Source: Candidatus Latescibacterota bacterium
Lineage (GTDB): Bacteria; Latescibacterota; UBA2968; UBA8231
Direction of reading: 5' to 3'
DNA length: 64,000 bases
Assembly (NCBI GenBank): GCA_965243025.1
Contig: CBDETY010000003.1
Location: forward strand, 4,512,001-4,576,000
A program made the position numbers and the translations under genes. Positions 9,474 to 19,414 of the stretch are shown piece by piece. How positions within the stretch are numbered: the first letter of the stretch is position 1; each line of letters begins with the position of its first letter. The notes beneath the pieces are model-generated. The model was not told the DNA's origin and did no database searches. It worked only from the letters and a program-made list of their open reading frames with translations.

Positions 9474-10442
9474 ATGACCCCCGAATCCTTCTCGTCACGG
9501 CTCGGCGGGCTGATGCCGCTCACCGGGCGCTGCCTTCTGCTGTCGCTGTGCCTGGCGGCGTGCTCCGCCGACCGCGAGCCGGGGAGTCTCTTCGGCTCGG
9601 CGGAGGAGGACAGCGACCTGGTGGTCGACGCCCTGCTGCTGGTCGACCAGGACCTGCCCGCGCTGTTCGTGCGGCGCAGCCTGGCCGCCGACATCGCGTA
9701 CGACCGCACAGCGACGGGCGTGGCCGACGCCCGGGTCCGCATCCTCCAGGGGGACCGGGTCTTCGAGTACGCCGCCGACGCGGAGGAACCCGGCCGTTAC
9801 CTGCCTCCCCCGGACCCGCCCCGGGTCGAGCCCCGGACCGAGTATCGGCTCGAGGTCGAGGTGGGGGGGCAGAGCCTGTGGGGGCGCACGACCACGCCGG
9901 ACCGGCTGCGGGTGCGGCAGGCGGTGCTCATCGACTGGGAGACCGGCGAGATCCTGCGCACCCTCAAGTCCTTTGCCGAGGCCGGAGACGGGGTCTACGA
10001 GGCGCCCGAGAACCAGCTCCTCTACCTGGAGGGGGTGCTCGAGATCCACCTGGAGGCGGCGGAGGCCGCGGGGTACCAGGCGGGGATCTTCTCCCTGGAC
10101 GAGAGCCCGGAGAAGGTCAACGAGGACCTGGACGAGTTCTACGACGACGACGTGGACCCGAGCCGGAACGAGTCGCCGCCACTGGCGGTCGCCGAGGGGA
10201 CCGTGCGCTGGCCGTGGTTCGCCGTCTACTACGCCGGGCGCTCCATCGTGAAGGTCTACGCCCTGGACCAGAACTGGTTCGACTACGCCCGCACCAACGC
10301 CGACCAGCAGGAGCAGGGGGGGGCTGCCGGCGGACTGGCGGGCGACAACTTCGAGCGCCCCCTGTTCTCCGTGGAGGGGGGGCTGGGGCTCTTCGGCTCG
10401 GCGTCGGCCGATTCGGTGGGATTCGTGGTGGTGCCGCGCTAG
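9474..10442 (+). CDS. Lipoprotein, DUF4249-like
   Basis: Lipobox LAAC; LVVDALL, EYRLEV, C-terminal VEGGLGLFGS; directly after the TBDR; alternative start ATG 9513. Confidence 0.65.
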   Translation: MTPESFSSRLGGLMPLTGRCLLLSLCLAACSADREPGSLFGSAEEDSDLVVDALLLVDQDLPALFVRRSLAADIAYDRTATGVADARVRILQGDRVFEYAADAEEPGRYLPPPDPPRVEPRTEYRLEVEVGGQSLWGRTTTPDRLRVRQAVLIDWETGEILRTLKSFAEAGDGVYEAPENQLLYLEGVLEIHLEAAEAAGYQAGIFSLDESPEKVNEDLDEFYDDDVDPSRNESPPLAVAEGTVRWPWFAVYYAGRSIVKVYALDQNWFDYARTNADQQEQGGAAGGLAGDNFERPLFSVEGGLGLFGSASADSVGFVVVPR

Positions 10443-11242
10443 AGCGGGTCCGGCGAACCCAGTTCGCGGTTGCTGCCCATGGAGGTCTCGCCGCCGTCGG
10501 CAAAGAGGCAGGCGCCGGTGACGAAGGAGGCGTCGTCGGAAGCGAGGAACAGGACGCAGGCGGCGATCTCCTCGGGCCTGGCCGGCCGCCCGAGCATGGT
10601 GGCACGTCCGAACTCTTCCTTGAATGAGTCTGGGGTCATCCCGGCCGCGGCGGCTCGCCGCTCGTGGAAGGGGGTGAAGGTCGGTCCCGGACAGAGGGCG
10701 TTGACCCGGATCCCTTCTTCGGCATGGTCCAGAGCCATGGCGCGGGTCAGGCCCGTGACCGCCGCCTTGGTGGTGTCGTACTGCACCGCGCTGCGGCTCG
10801 CGATGGCCGCGCTGTTGGAGGCGATGTTGACGATGCTGCCCTTTCCGCTCTGGCGCAGGAAGGGGATCGCGGCCCTGGCGCAGAAGGCGTAGCCCTTGAC
10901 GTTCACCGCCCAGATGGTGTCCCAGCTCTCCTCGCTGGCTTCGGTCACCGTGTTGTAGAGACGGATGGCGGCGTTGTTCACGAGGATGTCGAGCCGGCCG
11001 AAGCGATCGACCGCGCGCCGGATGAAGGCGGCGGCCTCGGTTTCGCGGTCCATGCGGGCTTCGACGAACAGCGCCTCCCCGCCGCCGGCCTCGATCTCTC
11101 CGGCGATGCACTCGCCGCGGGGGCGGTCGCGGTCGGCATAGGCGACCCGCGCACCCTCCTCCACGAAGCGCCGCACGGTGGCTTCGCCGATGCCGGACGC
11201 ACCGCCGGTGACCGCAGCGACCTTGCCGTCCAGTCTTCCCAT
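10439..11242 (-). CDS. Short-chain dehydrogenase/reductase
   Basis: TGGASGIG, NNAA, YDTTK (YxxxK), IRVNALCPG. Confidence 0.9.
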   Translation of the reverse strand: MGRLDGKVAAVTGGASGIGEATVRRFVEEGARVAYADRDRPRGECIAGEIEAGGGEALFVEARMDRETEAAAFIRRAVDRFGRLDILVNNAAIRLYNTVTEASEESWDTIWAVNVKGYAFCARAAIPFLRQSGKGSIVNIASNSAAIASRSAVQYDTTKAAVTGLTRAMALDHAEEGIRVNALCPGPTFTPFHERRAAAAGMTPDSFKEEFGRATMLGRPARPEEIAACVLFLASDDASFVTGACLFADGGETSMGSNRELGSPDPL

Positions 11243-11279
11243 TTTCGGCAGAAGTCCCAGGGGTCGTCCCTGGATCAGC

Positions 11280-11648
11280 TCAACGCTGCTCGTCCCTGGT
11301 GGGGAAATCCGCCGGCATGCAGATCTCGATGACCTCGAAGTCGTCGGAGAACTCCAGCACCTCGTGCGGGGTCATGGGATCCTGCTGCCAGCTGTCGCCG
11401 GCCTCAAAGCGCACCTCGCCGACGTCCTCGAACTCGACCCGGGTCCAGCCGCGCAGCACGTAGTTCATCTGGAACTCGAGATCGTGGGAGTGATACCCGC
11501 CCGGACCGCTGCAGGGTTCGGTGGCGCGGATGACGTGGACGAGCAGTCGGCCCTCGGTGGCCTCGACGCTGCCGAGGTCGCGATACTCGAAGTAGGTGCG
11601 CAGCCCGGGCTTCCACTCCGCCGACTTGTGAAGGGACATGTTGGCCAT
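11280..11648 (-). CDS. Cupin domain protein
   Basis: GLRTYFEYRDLG, GYHSH, YVLRGW, AGDSW, PHEV; GGAGG RBS before ATG 11648. Confidence 0.8.
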   Translation of the reverse strand: MANMSLHKSAEWKPGLRTYFEYRDLGSVEATEGRLLVHVIRATEPCSGPGGYHSHDLEFQMNYVLRGWTRVEFEDVGEVRFEAGDSWQQDPMTPHEVLEFSDDFEVIEICMPADFPTRDEQR

Positions 11649-11715
11649 CTGATCGATCCTCCGGAGTTGGGGAGATTGGGCGGGCGGGAGATAGAACCCC
11701 TCGCCGCCCCTGTGG

Positions 11716-12417
11716 TCAAGGTGGCGGTGCGGCGGCCCCGGGGCCCTTGACCGCCCTGACCACCGCCAGCGGCACCGCCCGCCACAGGCAGGCGGTCTCG
11801 AAGCCGGCGTCCTCCAGGGCCTCAAGCTCCTCCTCCAGCGGGAAGTAGGTGTCCTCGCCCGACCACTCCTCGAAGTGGCGCCAGGCCTGCTCCTCCTCGA
11901 TGCCGCGGGAGACGAGGTGGGCGGCCCAGGTCCGGAAGTCGGCCTGCCGGGCGGCCGGGTCGGCGGGCATGGTCGCGTCGGCGTTGACGAACACGCCCCC
12001 CGGGGGCAGCGCCGCGTGAATCGCGCCGAAGATCTTGCGTTTCTCCGCAAGCGTGGAAACGTGGTGCAGCGCCAGGGAGGCGACGGCGACGTCGCAGGGG
12101 GGCAGCGGGCCCTGGAACGGGCGCTCGGCGAACTGGACCCGGCCCGAATAGGGGGCCAGCCGCTCCTGCGCCTGGTCGAGCATCTCGGCATCGGCGTCGA
12201 TCAGGAGGACCCCCGCTTCCCCGCACCTGCGCAACACCGCCTGCGCCAGGGCGCCGGTGCCGGCGCCTAGGTCGATCACCCTTCCCGGCTTCGCCGCGGC
12301 AACCGCCTCGGCGGTCCGCTCCAGCATCTCCTCGTAGGAGGGGATGAAGGCGCGGATCGTCCTGTCGTAAGCCTCGATTTCCACCCGGAGATGGCGCCGC
12401 ACGGAATGTGTCACCAT
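11716..12417 (-). CDS. Class I SAM-dependent methyltransferase
   Basis: VIDLGAGTG, SLALHH, LPPGGVFVNAD. Confidence 0.85.
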   Translation of the reverse strand: MVTHSVRRHLRVEIEAYDRTIRAFIPSYEEMLERTAEAVAAAKPGRVIDLGAGTGALAQAVLRRCGEAGVLLIDADAEMLDQAQERLAPYSGRVQFAERPFQGPLPPCDVAVASLALHHVSTLAEKRKIFGAIHAALPPGGVFVNADATMPADPAARQADFRTWAAHLVSRGIEEEQAWRHFEEWSGEDTYFPLEEELEALEDAGFETACLWRAVPLAVVRAVKGPGAAAPPP

Positions 12418-12483
12418 TTTCGAACCAGTCCGAAAGACGATTACCTATGGGAGGGTCGTTGCAGACTCCCGGGAGGAAATTAA

Positions 12484-13458
12484 ATGACCCAGGAAACCCT
12501 TATGATCATCGGTTTCCTGCTCGGGGCCTATTCCATCGTCGGCAACGACGCCATCCAGACCCTGGGAACCTTCCTCAGCTCCAACTCCCACCGCCCCTGG
12601 TGGGTGCTCTGGCTCTTCGGCGCCGGCGTCATCACGGCAGTCCTCGTGTACGGGTGGACGGTCCACGCCGGCGACGTCTCCTACGGCCGGCTCCAGGCGA
12701 TCCCGGTGCCCGAGCACTTCTCCTGGATCTACTGCGTTCCCCCCTTCGTCCTGCTCCTGCTGACGCGCTGGGGGGTCCCGGTGAGCACGACCTTCCTCAC
12801 CCTGACCATCTTCGCCCCCAAGGCGCTGCCGAGCATGCTGGTCAAGTCGCTGCTGGGGTACGCCACGGCCTTCGTCGCCGCCATCCTCGTGTACAAGCTG
12901 ATCACCCGCGGTCTCGAGCACCGCTTCAACAAGACGGAGGGCCCCACCGGCGGCTGGTGGGTGGTTGCCCAGTGGTGCTCAACCGGCTTCCTCTGGAGCC
13001 AGTGGCTGATCCAGGACCTCGCCAACATCTACGTCTTCCTGCCGCGCGACCCGGCCACCCGGATCCCGATGTTGGCCCCCGAATGGTTCGCGGCCAGCGT
13101 CGTCGTCATCCTGGCCCTGCTCGCCTACATCTTCTACACCCACGGCGGCGCCATCCAGAAGGTGGTGCTGACCAAGACGAACACTACCGACATCCGCTCG
13201 GCGACCTTCGTCGACCTCATCTACGGCATCGTGCTGTTCCTTTTCAAGGAGGTCAGCAATTTACCTATGAGCACGACGTGGGTCTTCGTCGGCCTGCTCG
13301 CGGGGCGGGAGATCGCCATCGCCTGGAACGAGAAGCACCGCGGCCGCCCGGAGGTGTCCCGGCTGGTGCTCTCCGACCTGGCAAAGATCTTCGCCGGCCT
13401 CGCGGTAAGCGTCGTCCTCGCCCTGCTGCTGCCGGTATTGCAGAAACAGATCGGCTGA
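12484..13458 (+). CDS. Integral membrane protein, divergent PiT/Pho4 phosphate-transporter-like
   Basis: GNDAIQTLG/PVSTTF and QDLANI/PMSTTW repeat pair echoing the PiT signature; GGAGG RBS. Confidence 0.55.
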   Translation: MTQETLMIIGFLLGAYSIVGNDAIQTLGTFLSSNSHRPWWVLWLFGAGVITAVLVYGWTVHAGDVSYGRLQAIPVPEHFSWIYCVPPFVLLLLTRWGVPVSTTFLTLTIFAPKALPSMLVKSLLGYATAFVAAILVYKLITRGLEHRFNKTEGPTGGWWVVAQWCSTGFLWSQWLIQDLANIYVFLPRDPATRIPMLAPEWFAASVVVILALLAYIFYTHGGAIQKVVLTKTNTTDIRSATFVDLIYGIVLFLFKEVSNLPMSTTWVFVGLLAGREIAIAWNEKHRGRPEVSRLVLSDLAKIFAGLAVSVVLALLLPVLQKQIG

Positions 13459-13500
13459 GAAAACCGGCTTCGCCAGGCCGGCCTCCGAAGGAGGAACGCC

Positions 13501-15432
13501 ATGCCGCTGCGAAGACTGCTTCCGCTCGTTCTCCTCGCTTTCGCGCCGTACCCGCGAGAAAGCCACGGGGTGATCGTCTACCGGATCGGGGCCCCCTTTT
13601 CGGCGGGTGAAATGGACAGCCTGTCGAGCCTCGGCATCGATTTCACCAGAATCGGCTGGTCCCCGTCCCAGCTGCAGAAGGACCTTCACCTCGACTCGCT
13701 GCAGGCCGAGTCGCTGCAGCCGCATTTCTTCGCCGCCGACGACGATATCGCCGCCACCCTGCTGGACAGGGGGGGGAGGGCATGCGTCATCAACACCAGC
13801 TACTCCCACGCCTGCAACAACCTCGACGGCGAGCTGCTCATCGACCAGGACCCGACCACCGCCCACGTCTACCCGCTGCTCGCCGCCGAGAGCTTCAACC
13901 GCGAAATCTGGGAGCGGGTGACCTTCGACGTCGGCGGGCGCTTCCTGATCCGGGAGGTGAGGTTCCGCACCCTGGCCGACCGCCCGGATCACTTCCTCGA
14001 GCGCTTCACCATCGGTATCGCCGAGGGTTTCGCTTCGAACCGCATTCCCCACTTCCGGGAGATCGTCGCCGAGGTGAAGGAGAACACGGAGGCGGAAGTC
14101 TCGGTGCTGCTCGACCCGCCGGTGACGACCCGGGCGATCCAGCTGCGAATCTTCCGTCAGACCACCAAGGAGGTAGGCCTCGCCGACTTCGAGCTCTACG
14201 GCGGCGGCTTCGTCGGCGGCGCCGCGTACGAGTCCGAGGTGATCGAAATGGAGGATATCGCCAGCTGGGGGGAGATCCGCTGGTCGGGCCGCCGGGACCC
14301 GCTTGCCCGCGTCGAAATCCGCACACGCTCCGGCTCCGACCCGCAACCGGTGATCTTCTGGGAAACCCGCCCCGAGCAGCAGGACAGCATCCGTTTCCGC
14401 GGCGGCGGAGGCAGTCTCAGCCTGACGGAATACAGGGAGCAGTACGCAAAGCTGTCGGACTTTCTCAGACCCGCAAACCCGGACGACCAGGTGAGCCCCG
14501 ACACCGAGAACTGGAGCTTCTGGTCGAGCCCGTATCCCTTCGATACACCGGGGGTATCGGTGGTCTCTCCAGGGCCGCGGCGGTTCTTCCAGGTACGGGC
14601 GGATTTCTACTCCACCACCGAAGCGGGGGGCAAGCTCGACTTCCTGGAGTTCAAGGCCTCGGTGCCCCCGGCAGTGCGGGCGCTGGTGGCCGAGATCCAC
14701 CCTACAGAAACGCGGATCGGCGAGCCGACCCGGTTCACCTATTACATCCGGCCGACGATCCGGCCCGGGGACGGCAGCTTCGACGGAGTGGAAGTATCGA
14801 CCCCTTCCGGGATCGTGTCGGTCGACTCCCTGCGCATCGCCGGCGTCGACCAGGGGTACTTCGAGCGGCGCCTCCGCGGCGACGGGCTCGGGTTCGAAGT
14901 GCTGCTGCCGCGCAAGCTCGAGACCGCCGACAGCGGCGCCCTGGTCGAGATCGTGTTCAGCGCCCCGGTGCTCAGGGAGGTGGGGACCCTCTTCGACGGC
15001 AGGGTTTTCGACACCACCCGGCCGCTCGAGGTGCGCCAGCGGCTCATCGCGGGGAATGCCACCGGCGAGGTGGAGAGCGAGCGCCTGTCGGTGACGACGT
15101 CGCTGAGCAGCTCGCTGCTGTTCTCCCCCCGGGCCGAGCCCGACCCGTTCACCCCGAACGGGGACGGCGTCAACGACCTGGCGAACATCTCCTACAAGGT
15201 GCTGCGGCTGACCTCCGCGGCGCCGGTCTCCATCGCGATCTTCGACCTGTCCGGCAGGCTGGTGAGAGAGCTGTACGCCGGGGAGGATCCCCTCGGGGAG
15301 TACTCCCACCACTGGGACGGCACCGACGACTCCGGAAGGCGGGTCCCGCCCGGGGTCTACCTCTACCGGCTGACGATCGAGCTGCAGTCGCAGCGCGAGA
15401 GCAGCAGCGGCACGCTCTCCGTCGCCTACTGA
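13501..15432 (+). CDS. Secreted protein with C-terminal FlgD-Ig/CHU_C-like domain
   Basis: Signal peptide; PDPFTPNGDGVND...IFDLSGRLVR...WDGTDDSGRRVPPGVYLYRL; AGGAGG RBS. Confidence 0.75.
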   Translation: MPLRRLLPLVLLAFAPYPRESHGVIVYRIGAPFSAGEMDSLSSLGIDFTRIGWSPSQLQKDLHLDSLQAESLQPHFFAADDDIAATLLDRGGRACVINTSYSHACNNLDGELLIDQDPTTAHVYPLLAAESFNREIWERVTFDVGGRFLIREVRFRTLADRPDHFLERFTIGIAEGFASNRIPHFREIVAEVKENTEAEVSVLLDPPVTTRAIQLRIFRQTTKEVGLADFELYGGGFVGGAAYESEVIEMEDIASWGEIRWSGRRDPLARVEIRTRSGSDPQPVIFWETRPEQQDSIRFRGGGGSLSLTEYREQYAKLSDFLRPANPDDQVSPDTENWSFWSSPYPFDTPGVSVVSPGPRRFFQVRADFYSTTEAGGKLDFLEFKASVPPAVRALVAEIHPTETRIGEPTRFTYYIRPTIRPGDGSFDGVEVSTPSGIVSVDSLRIAGVDQGYFERRLRGDGLGFEVLLPRKLETADSGALVEIVFSAPVLREVGTLFDGRVFDTTRPLEVRQRLIAGNATGEVESERLSVTTSLSSSLLFSPRAEPDPFTPNGDGVNDLANISYKVLRLTSAAPVSIAIFDLSGRLVRELYAGEDPLGEYSHHWDGTDDSGRRVPPGVYLYRLTIELQSQRESSSGTLSVAY

Positions 15433-15462
15433 GGTTTCCGGCCCTGACGGCCGCGAGAGACC

Positions 15463-16356
15463 GTGACACCGGAAACCGAACCGAGGACGGCGCTCCGGGG
15501 GATCGCCCTCGTCCTCCTGGCGATGCTGCTGTTCGCCGTGATGGACGGGGTCAACAAGCACCTGGCGAAGACCTACTCCTTCGTGCAGATCCTCTGGGTC
15601 CGCTACCTGCTGCTCGTTGTCGTCGCCGCCCTGGCTTCCCGGGGGACCGGGATCCGCAGGGCGCTCGCCTCCCGGCAGCGCGGCACCCAGATCGCGCGCT
15701 CCCTCGTTCTCGTCGCCGAGCAGGCAACCTTCATCATCGCCTTCATCCACCTGCCCCTGGCCGACGTGCACGCCCTCGCCGCGGTCTCTCCCCTCATCGT
15801 CACCCTGCTGTCGGCGCCGCTCCTGCGGGAGCGCGTCTCCCTGTACCGGATGCTCGCGGTGGCGGCCGGATTCGCCGGGGTGCTGCTGATCCTCCGTCCC
15901 GGCACCGGGGCCATGACCGCCGAGGCCGCCATCCCGCTGCTCGCCGCCCTGCTGTGGGCGGTCTACCAGATGCTCACCCGCCTCGCCAGCCGCACCGACC
16001 GGCCGGAGACGTCGCTGCTGTACGCCGGGCTCGCCGGGGCGGTCGTCCTCAGTCTGGCGGGCCCCTTCTACTGGCTGCCGCCGGCTCCCGGGGACTGGGG
16101 CCTGCTGGCGCTGGTGGCCGCGCTCAGCGCCACCGCCCATTTCTCGCTGATCAAGGCCTTGCGCTACGCCGAGGCTTCGGCGCTGCAGCCGTTCGCCTAC
16201 TCCCTGTTCCTGTGGGCGGTGGTCGTCGGTTTCATCGGTTTCGGCGACTTCCCCGACGCCTGGACCCTGGCAGGGGCGGCGGTCATCCTGGCGAGCAACC
16301 TCTACGTGGTGCGGCGCGCCCGGGCGGAGGGAGAATCCCCGCTTTCCCCCGGCTGA
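15463..16356 (+). CDS. DMT/EamA family transporter
   Basis: About 10 TM segments, LLRERV, GVLLILRPG, ASALQPFAY. Confidence 0.85.
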   Translation: MTPETEPRTALRGIALVLLAMLLFAVMDGVNKHLAKTYSFVQILWVRYLLLVVVAALASRGTGIRRALASRQRGTQIARSLVLVAEQATFIIAFIHLPLADVHALAAVSPLIVTLLSAPLLRERVSLYRMLAVAAGFAGVLLILRPGTGAMTAEAAIPLLAALLWAVYQMLTRLASRTDRPETSLLYAGLAGAVVLSLAGPFYWLPPAPGDWGLLALVAALSATAHFSLIKALRYAEASALQPFAYSLFLWAVVVGFIGFGDFPDAWTLAGAAVILASNLYVVRRARAEGESPLSPG

Positions 16357-18821
16357 AGCAGCTTCCCCCCGGCCGCTGACAGCGAGAAGCGCTGACAGCG
16401 TCCCGGACCCCACCTCAGGACGAAACCTCCGCCATCGCGGTCGACGCGCAGGCGCGCCCGAGCCGGCGCCAGCGCCAGCACGAGGAAGTCTCCTTCCTCC
16501 GCGGCCAGCAGAAGCCTCGTGGAATCCTCTTCGTCTCCTTCCCCGAGGCGGCGAAGGCTGCCGGCTGCCAGACCGGGCGGGGCATACGGAACAACCTCCA
16601 TGGCGCAGTGGGCCCGCCCCGGAAAGACGGGCACGAGGTCGACCGCCTGCCGCCCGGCCCCGAGGCGCGCCCGGGCGCCGGTTGCGCGCCGCAGCTCCGC
16701 GGGGTTCAGCTTCCACAGGGGCGGGGCGCTGCCGCTCTCTTCCCCGAGGCCTTCGGCGAAGTCGAGGCGCAGCGGCGTGCGCCCGGGGCACCGCAGCTCG
16801 ACGAGACGCAGGTCGCAGGAGGTTTCCGTCCCCTCGAGCTGAACGGCGCCCCCGAAAGCCAGGACGGTGTTGGAGCTGATGTAGAAATCGCGCGGCGCCG
16901 AGCGGGAACGCAGCCCCTGCGAGTCGACCCCCAGCTCGCCGAACTGCTCCGGGTCGTCGCAGCGCCCGACGGCGCCGTTCAGGGCGACGGCGACGAACGG
17001 TTTGCCGCCGCGGCGGTTGAACCCGCCCCAGGAAGCTCCGACCTCGCACCACTCTCCCGAACTCAACTCCCCTGCCTCCGGGGGGATCCGCGCCTCGACG
17101 GAACGGCCGCGCTGGCTCTGCACCCGGAAGAACAGCCCGTTCCCGTCGAGACCTAGGGTGAAGCTGTTAACCTGAGGACCCGGGCCCCCGGCGGCGCCGG
17201 TCCCCAGCCCGGTGTTGAACAGCACCCGCGGGCCGTCTCCAGGGCCCGGGATCCGGTGCAGCCGCACCTGCATGCGCAGCCGCCCGGCCCCGGGTTTGAA
17301 GTGCGGCTCCCTGGCGTACTGCAGGCAGTCCCGGCCGTCGAGACGGGCGAAGCTCTCCCCGCCCCGCTGCACCAGGGAAACGCCCCGCCGCCGGCGCTTG
17401 ACCGCGGCCAGCAGTACCGGCGGCGGCCCGGGCAGGAGCCGGTACTCCTGGTGCAGGCGCCTCGACTTCACCCGGAGGCAGCAGCCGGCTTCCTCCCTCC
17501 GGAGCTGCCCCAGGTGCGCGACCATTTCGTTCTGCCCGCCGACGCTGGGAAGGCTGCCGCAGGCGACCGGCTGGGCCTCGGCCGCCGGGATCGTCTTCAG
17601 CACCGGCTCGCCGGCGAGGTGAAGGTGCAGCTCGCTGTAGTTGTGGGCGGTGCCGCCGGCATAGCCGCAGACCTGGACGACCAGCGCTTCTTCGTCCCAG
17701 CGGTCGCGCATCACCGCGGCGTCGCCGTAGCGGGCGCGGAAGCGGCGGCCCGGAGGACCGGGGCGGGGCGGGCGTCTTCCCCGGAAACCGGGATCGCAGT
17801 ACATGTAGGCGCAGGGCCCGGAGGCGAGGACGCACTCGGCGGTCGAACCCCTTACTCCTGCCATGAAGCGGTAAACGCGTCCGAGGTCCGGGTCGCCGAG
17901 GGCCTCTTCCCGCAGCGGCGCGTCCCCGGCTTCCTGGGCGAGCCGCAGCAGCGTCGGCGACCAGGCGGCGCGCCTGCCGGCTCCCTGGGCGCCGGCGCCG
18001 GCGAGCTGGTAGCGGAACCACTCCAGGGGGCGGGACAGGCGCCCGGGGAACTCGGCGAACAGGTCGATGCCGGCGACGTTGCGCAGGGCGTCGGCGAACT
18101 GCAGCATCCAGAGGTTCTCCCAGGGCCAGAAGGAGGCCCCGTCCACCGGCTCCCCGCGCGGACCGGAGCCGTTGGTCATGATGGCGCCGCGGAAGCGGTC
18201 GACGACCGCCTCCACCCACCCGGACGCCTCGGAACAGCTGTCGAGCAGATGCAGGGCGGCGACCCCGAAATGGGCGTTGTCGACGACGGCGTGATGCCCC
18301 CCCTCCGGGCTGTGGCGCTGCGACTCGACGTCGGGCCACCAGCGCCTCATCAGGCGGAGAAGGCAGTCGGTGACGCGCTGCTCCTCCCGCCGCGACAGCC
18401 GGTCCCCGAGGAAATCGAGCCCCACCGCGAAGGCGTGCATGTAGCGGTTGGCGCTGTAGAAGTGCTCCTCGATGCGGTCGCTGTGCTCCCATCCGGCGGC
18501 CGCCAGCAGCCAGGCCCTGGCGCGCCGCAGCCAGGCGGGGTTTCCCGTCATCTTCCAGGCGAAGGCGTACTGCTCGATCAGGGCCGACGCCTGCATGGCG
18601 GTGTAGAAGGTGATGTACAGCTGGTGGTAGGGATGCGGACTGTGCAGGCGCTCGGGAATCCGCGCCCAGGGGCGGCGGCGGCCGTAGAAGCGGCAGTCGG
18701 CGAGGATGTTCTCGAGGATGCGCTGCCGCGGCCGGTCCTCCGGCAGGGGGAACAGTCCCTCCGGATCGCCGGCGGGGCGATACAGCCGGGGGCGGCCCCG
18801 GTCCCGGGAGGAAACCGGCAT
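16302..18821 (-). CDS. Heparinase II/III / DUF4962-like protein with LamG-like insert
   Basis: Helical N-region (AFAWKMTG, GEPVDGASFW), AVMRDRWDE, GEWCEVGASW LamG-like strand; function uncertain. Confidence 0.5.
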   Translation of the reverse strand: MPVSSRDRGRPRLYRPAGDPEGLFPLPEDRPRQRILENILADCRFYGRRRPWARIPERLHSPHPYHQLYITFYTAMQASALIEQYAFAWKMTGNPAWLRRARAWLLAAAGWEHSDRIEEHFYSANRYMHAFAVGLDFLGDRLSRREEQRVTDCLLRLMRRWWPDVESQRHSPEGGHHAVVDNAHFGVAALHLLDSCSEASGWVEAVVDRFRGAIMTNGSGPRGEPVDGASFWPWENLWMLQFADALRNVAGIDLFAEFPGRLSRPLEWFRYQLAGAGAQGAGRRAAWSPTLLRLAQEAGDAPLREEALGDPDLGRVYRFMAGVRGSTAECVLASGPCAYMYCDPGFRGRRPPRPGPPGRRFRARYGDAAVMRDRWDEEALVVQVCGYAGGTAHNYSELHLHLAGEPVLKTIPAAEAQPVACGSLPSVGGQNEMVAHLGQLRREEAGCCLRVKSRRLHQEYRLLPGPPPVLLAAVKRRRRGVSLVQRGGESFARLDGRDCLQYAREPHFKPGAGRLRMQVRLHRIPGPGDGPRVLFNTGLGTGAAGGPGPQVNSFTLGLDGNGLFFRVQSQRGRSVEARIPPEAGELSSGEWCEVGASWGGFNRRGGKPFVAVALNGAVGRCDDPEQFGELGVDSQGLRSRSAPRDFYISSNTVLAFGGAVQLEGTETSCDLRLVELRCPGRTPLRLDFAEGLGEESGSAPPLWKLNPAELRRATGARARLGAGRQAVDLVPVFPGRAHCAMEVVPYAPPGLAAGSLRRLGEGDEEDSTRLLLAAEEGDFLVLALAPARARLRVDRDGGGFVLRWGPGRCQRFSLSAAGGKLLQPGESGDSPSARARRTT

Positions 18822-18906
18822 CACCGCGAAGGCGGCCCGAAACGCAGCTCCGTCCCCGCGCCGACGGAGACGGCGAGGCGCAGCTTCCAGTCACAGACCC
18901 GCAGGC

Positions 18907-19104
18907 TCACGATGCAGACCTTTCGAGCGCCTCCACCAGCTCGCCCGTCTCGGCCGGGCCGTCGGGGCAGCCGATGTTCCAGCAGTGCATGCCCACCAGG
19001 GCGGTGCGGGCCGCGGGCAGGCGGAAGCGCTCCTCCTCGTACCCGGCCCGGCCGGTCGGCAGGGCGCGGCAGCAGCGGGCCGCGAATTCGATCTCAGCGG
19101 GCAT
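18907..19104 (-). pseudogene. Internally deleted isochorismatase/cysteine hydrolase remnant
   Basis: 65 aa: ARTALVGMHCWN resembles the family N-terminal strand and is joined directly to a C-terminal-like helix ETGELVEALE; AGGAG RBS. Confidence 0.45.
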
Positions 19105-19414
19105 TCCCCGATCTCCTGCCGGCGCCCGGGCAGGGGCTGCGAGCCTGCGAACGTGGACCGTATACTTACGATGCAATTGAACTTCCCCCGGCCGGCCGCC
19201 TCTTGAGACAAACTACATGAGACGCCTTCCCTGGCGCTACAGCGAGCAGATGATGTCCGGAACGAGGCGGCCTTCAGCCGGAAACCGGGGATTCCCGGCT
19301 CCCGGTTCATTCTCCGGAAGCCCCGTCCGCGGGCCTGGCGACGACATGAACCCCCTTGCGAACCCCGACCTGGAGCCGGCGCGGGTTTCCGGCAGCCGTC
19401 GATCCAGGCCAGAG

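Noticed and set aside
13261-17052. 1263-aa minus-strand ORF, and similar long ORFs (20215-22932, 49353-52127, 7663-9498, 36782-38761)
   Set aside because: Shadow ORFs overlapping well-supported genes; expected at high GC and lacking family motifs
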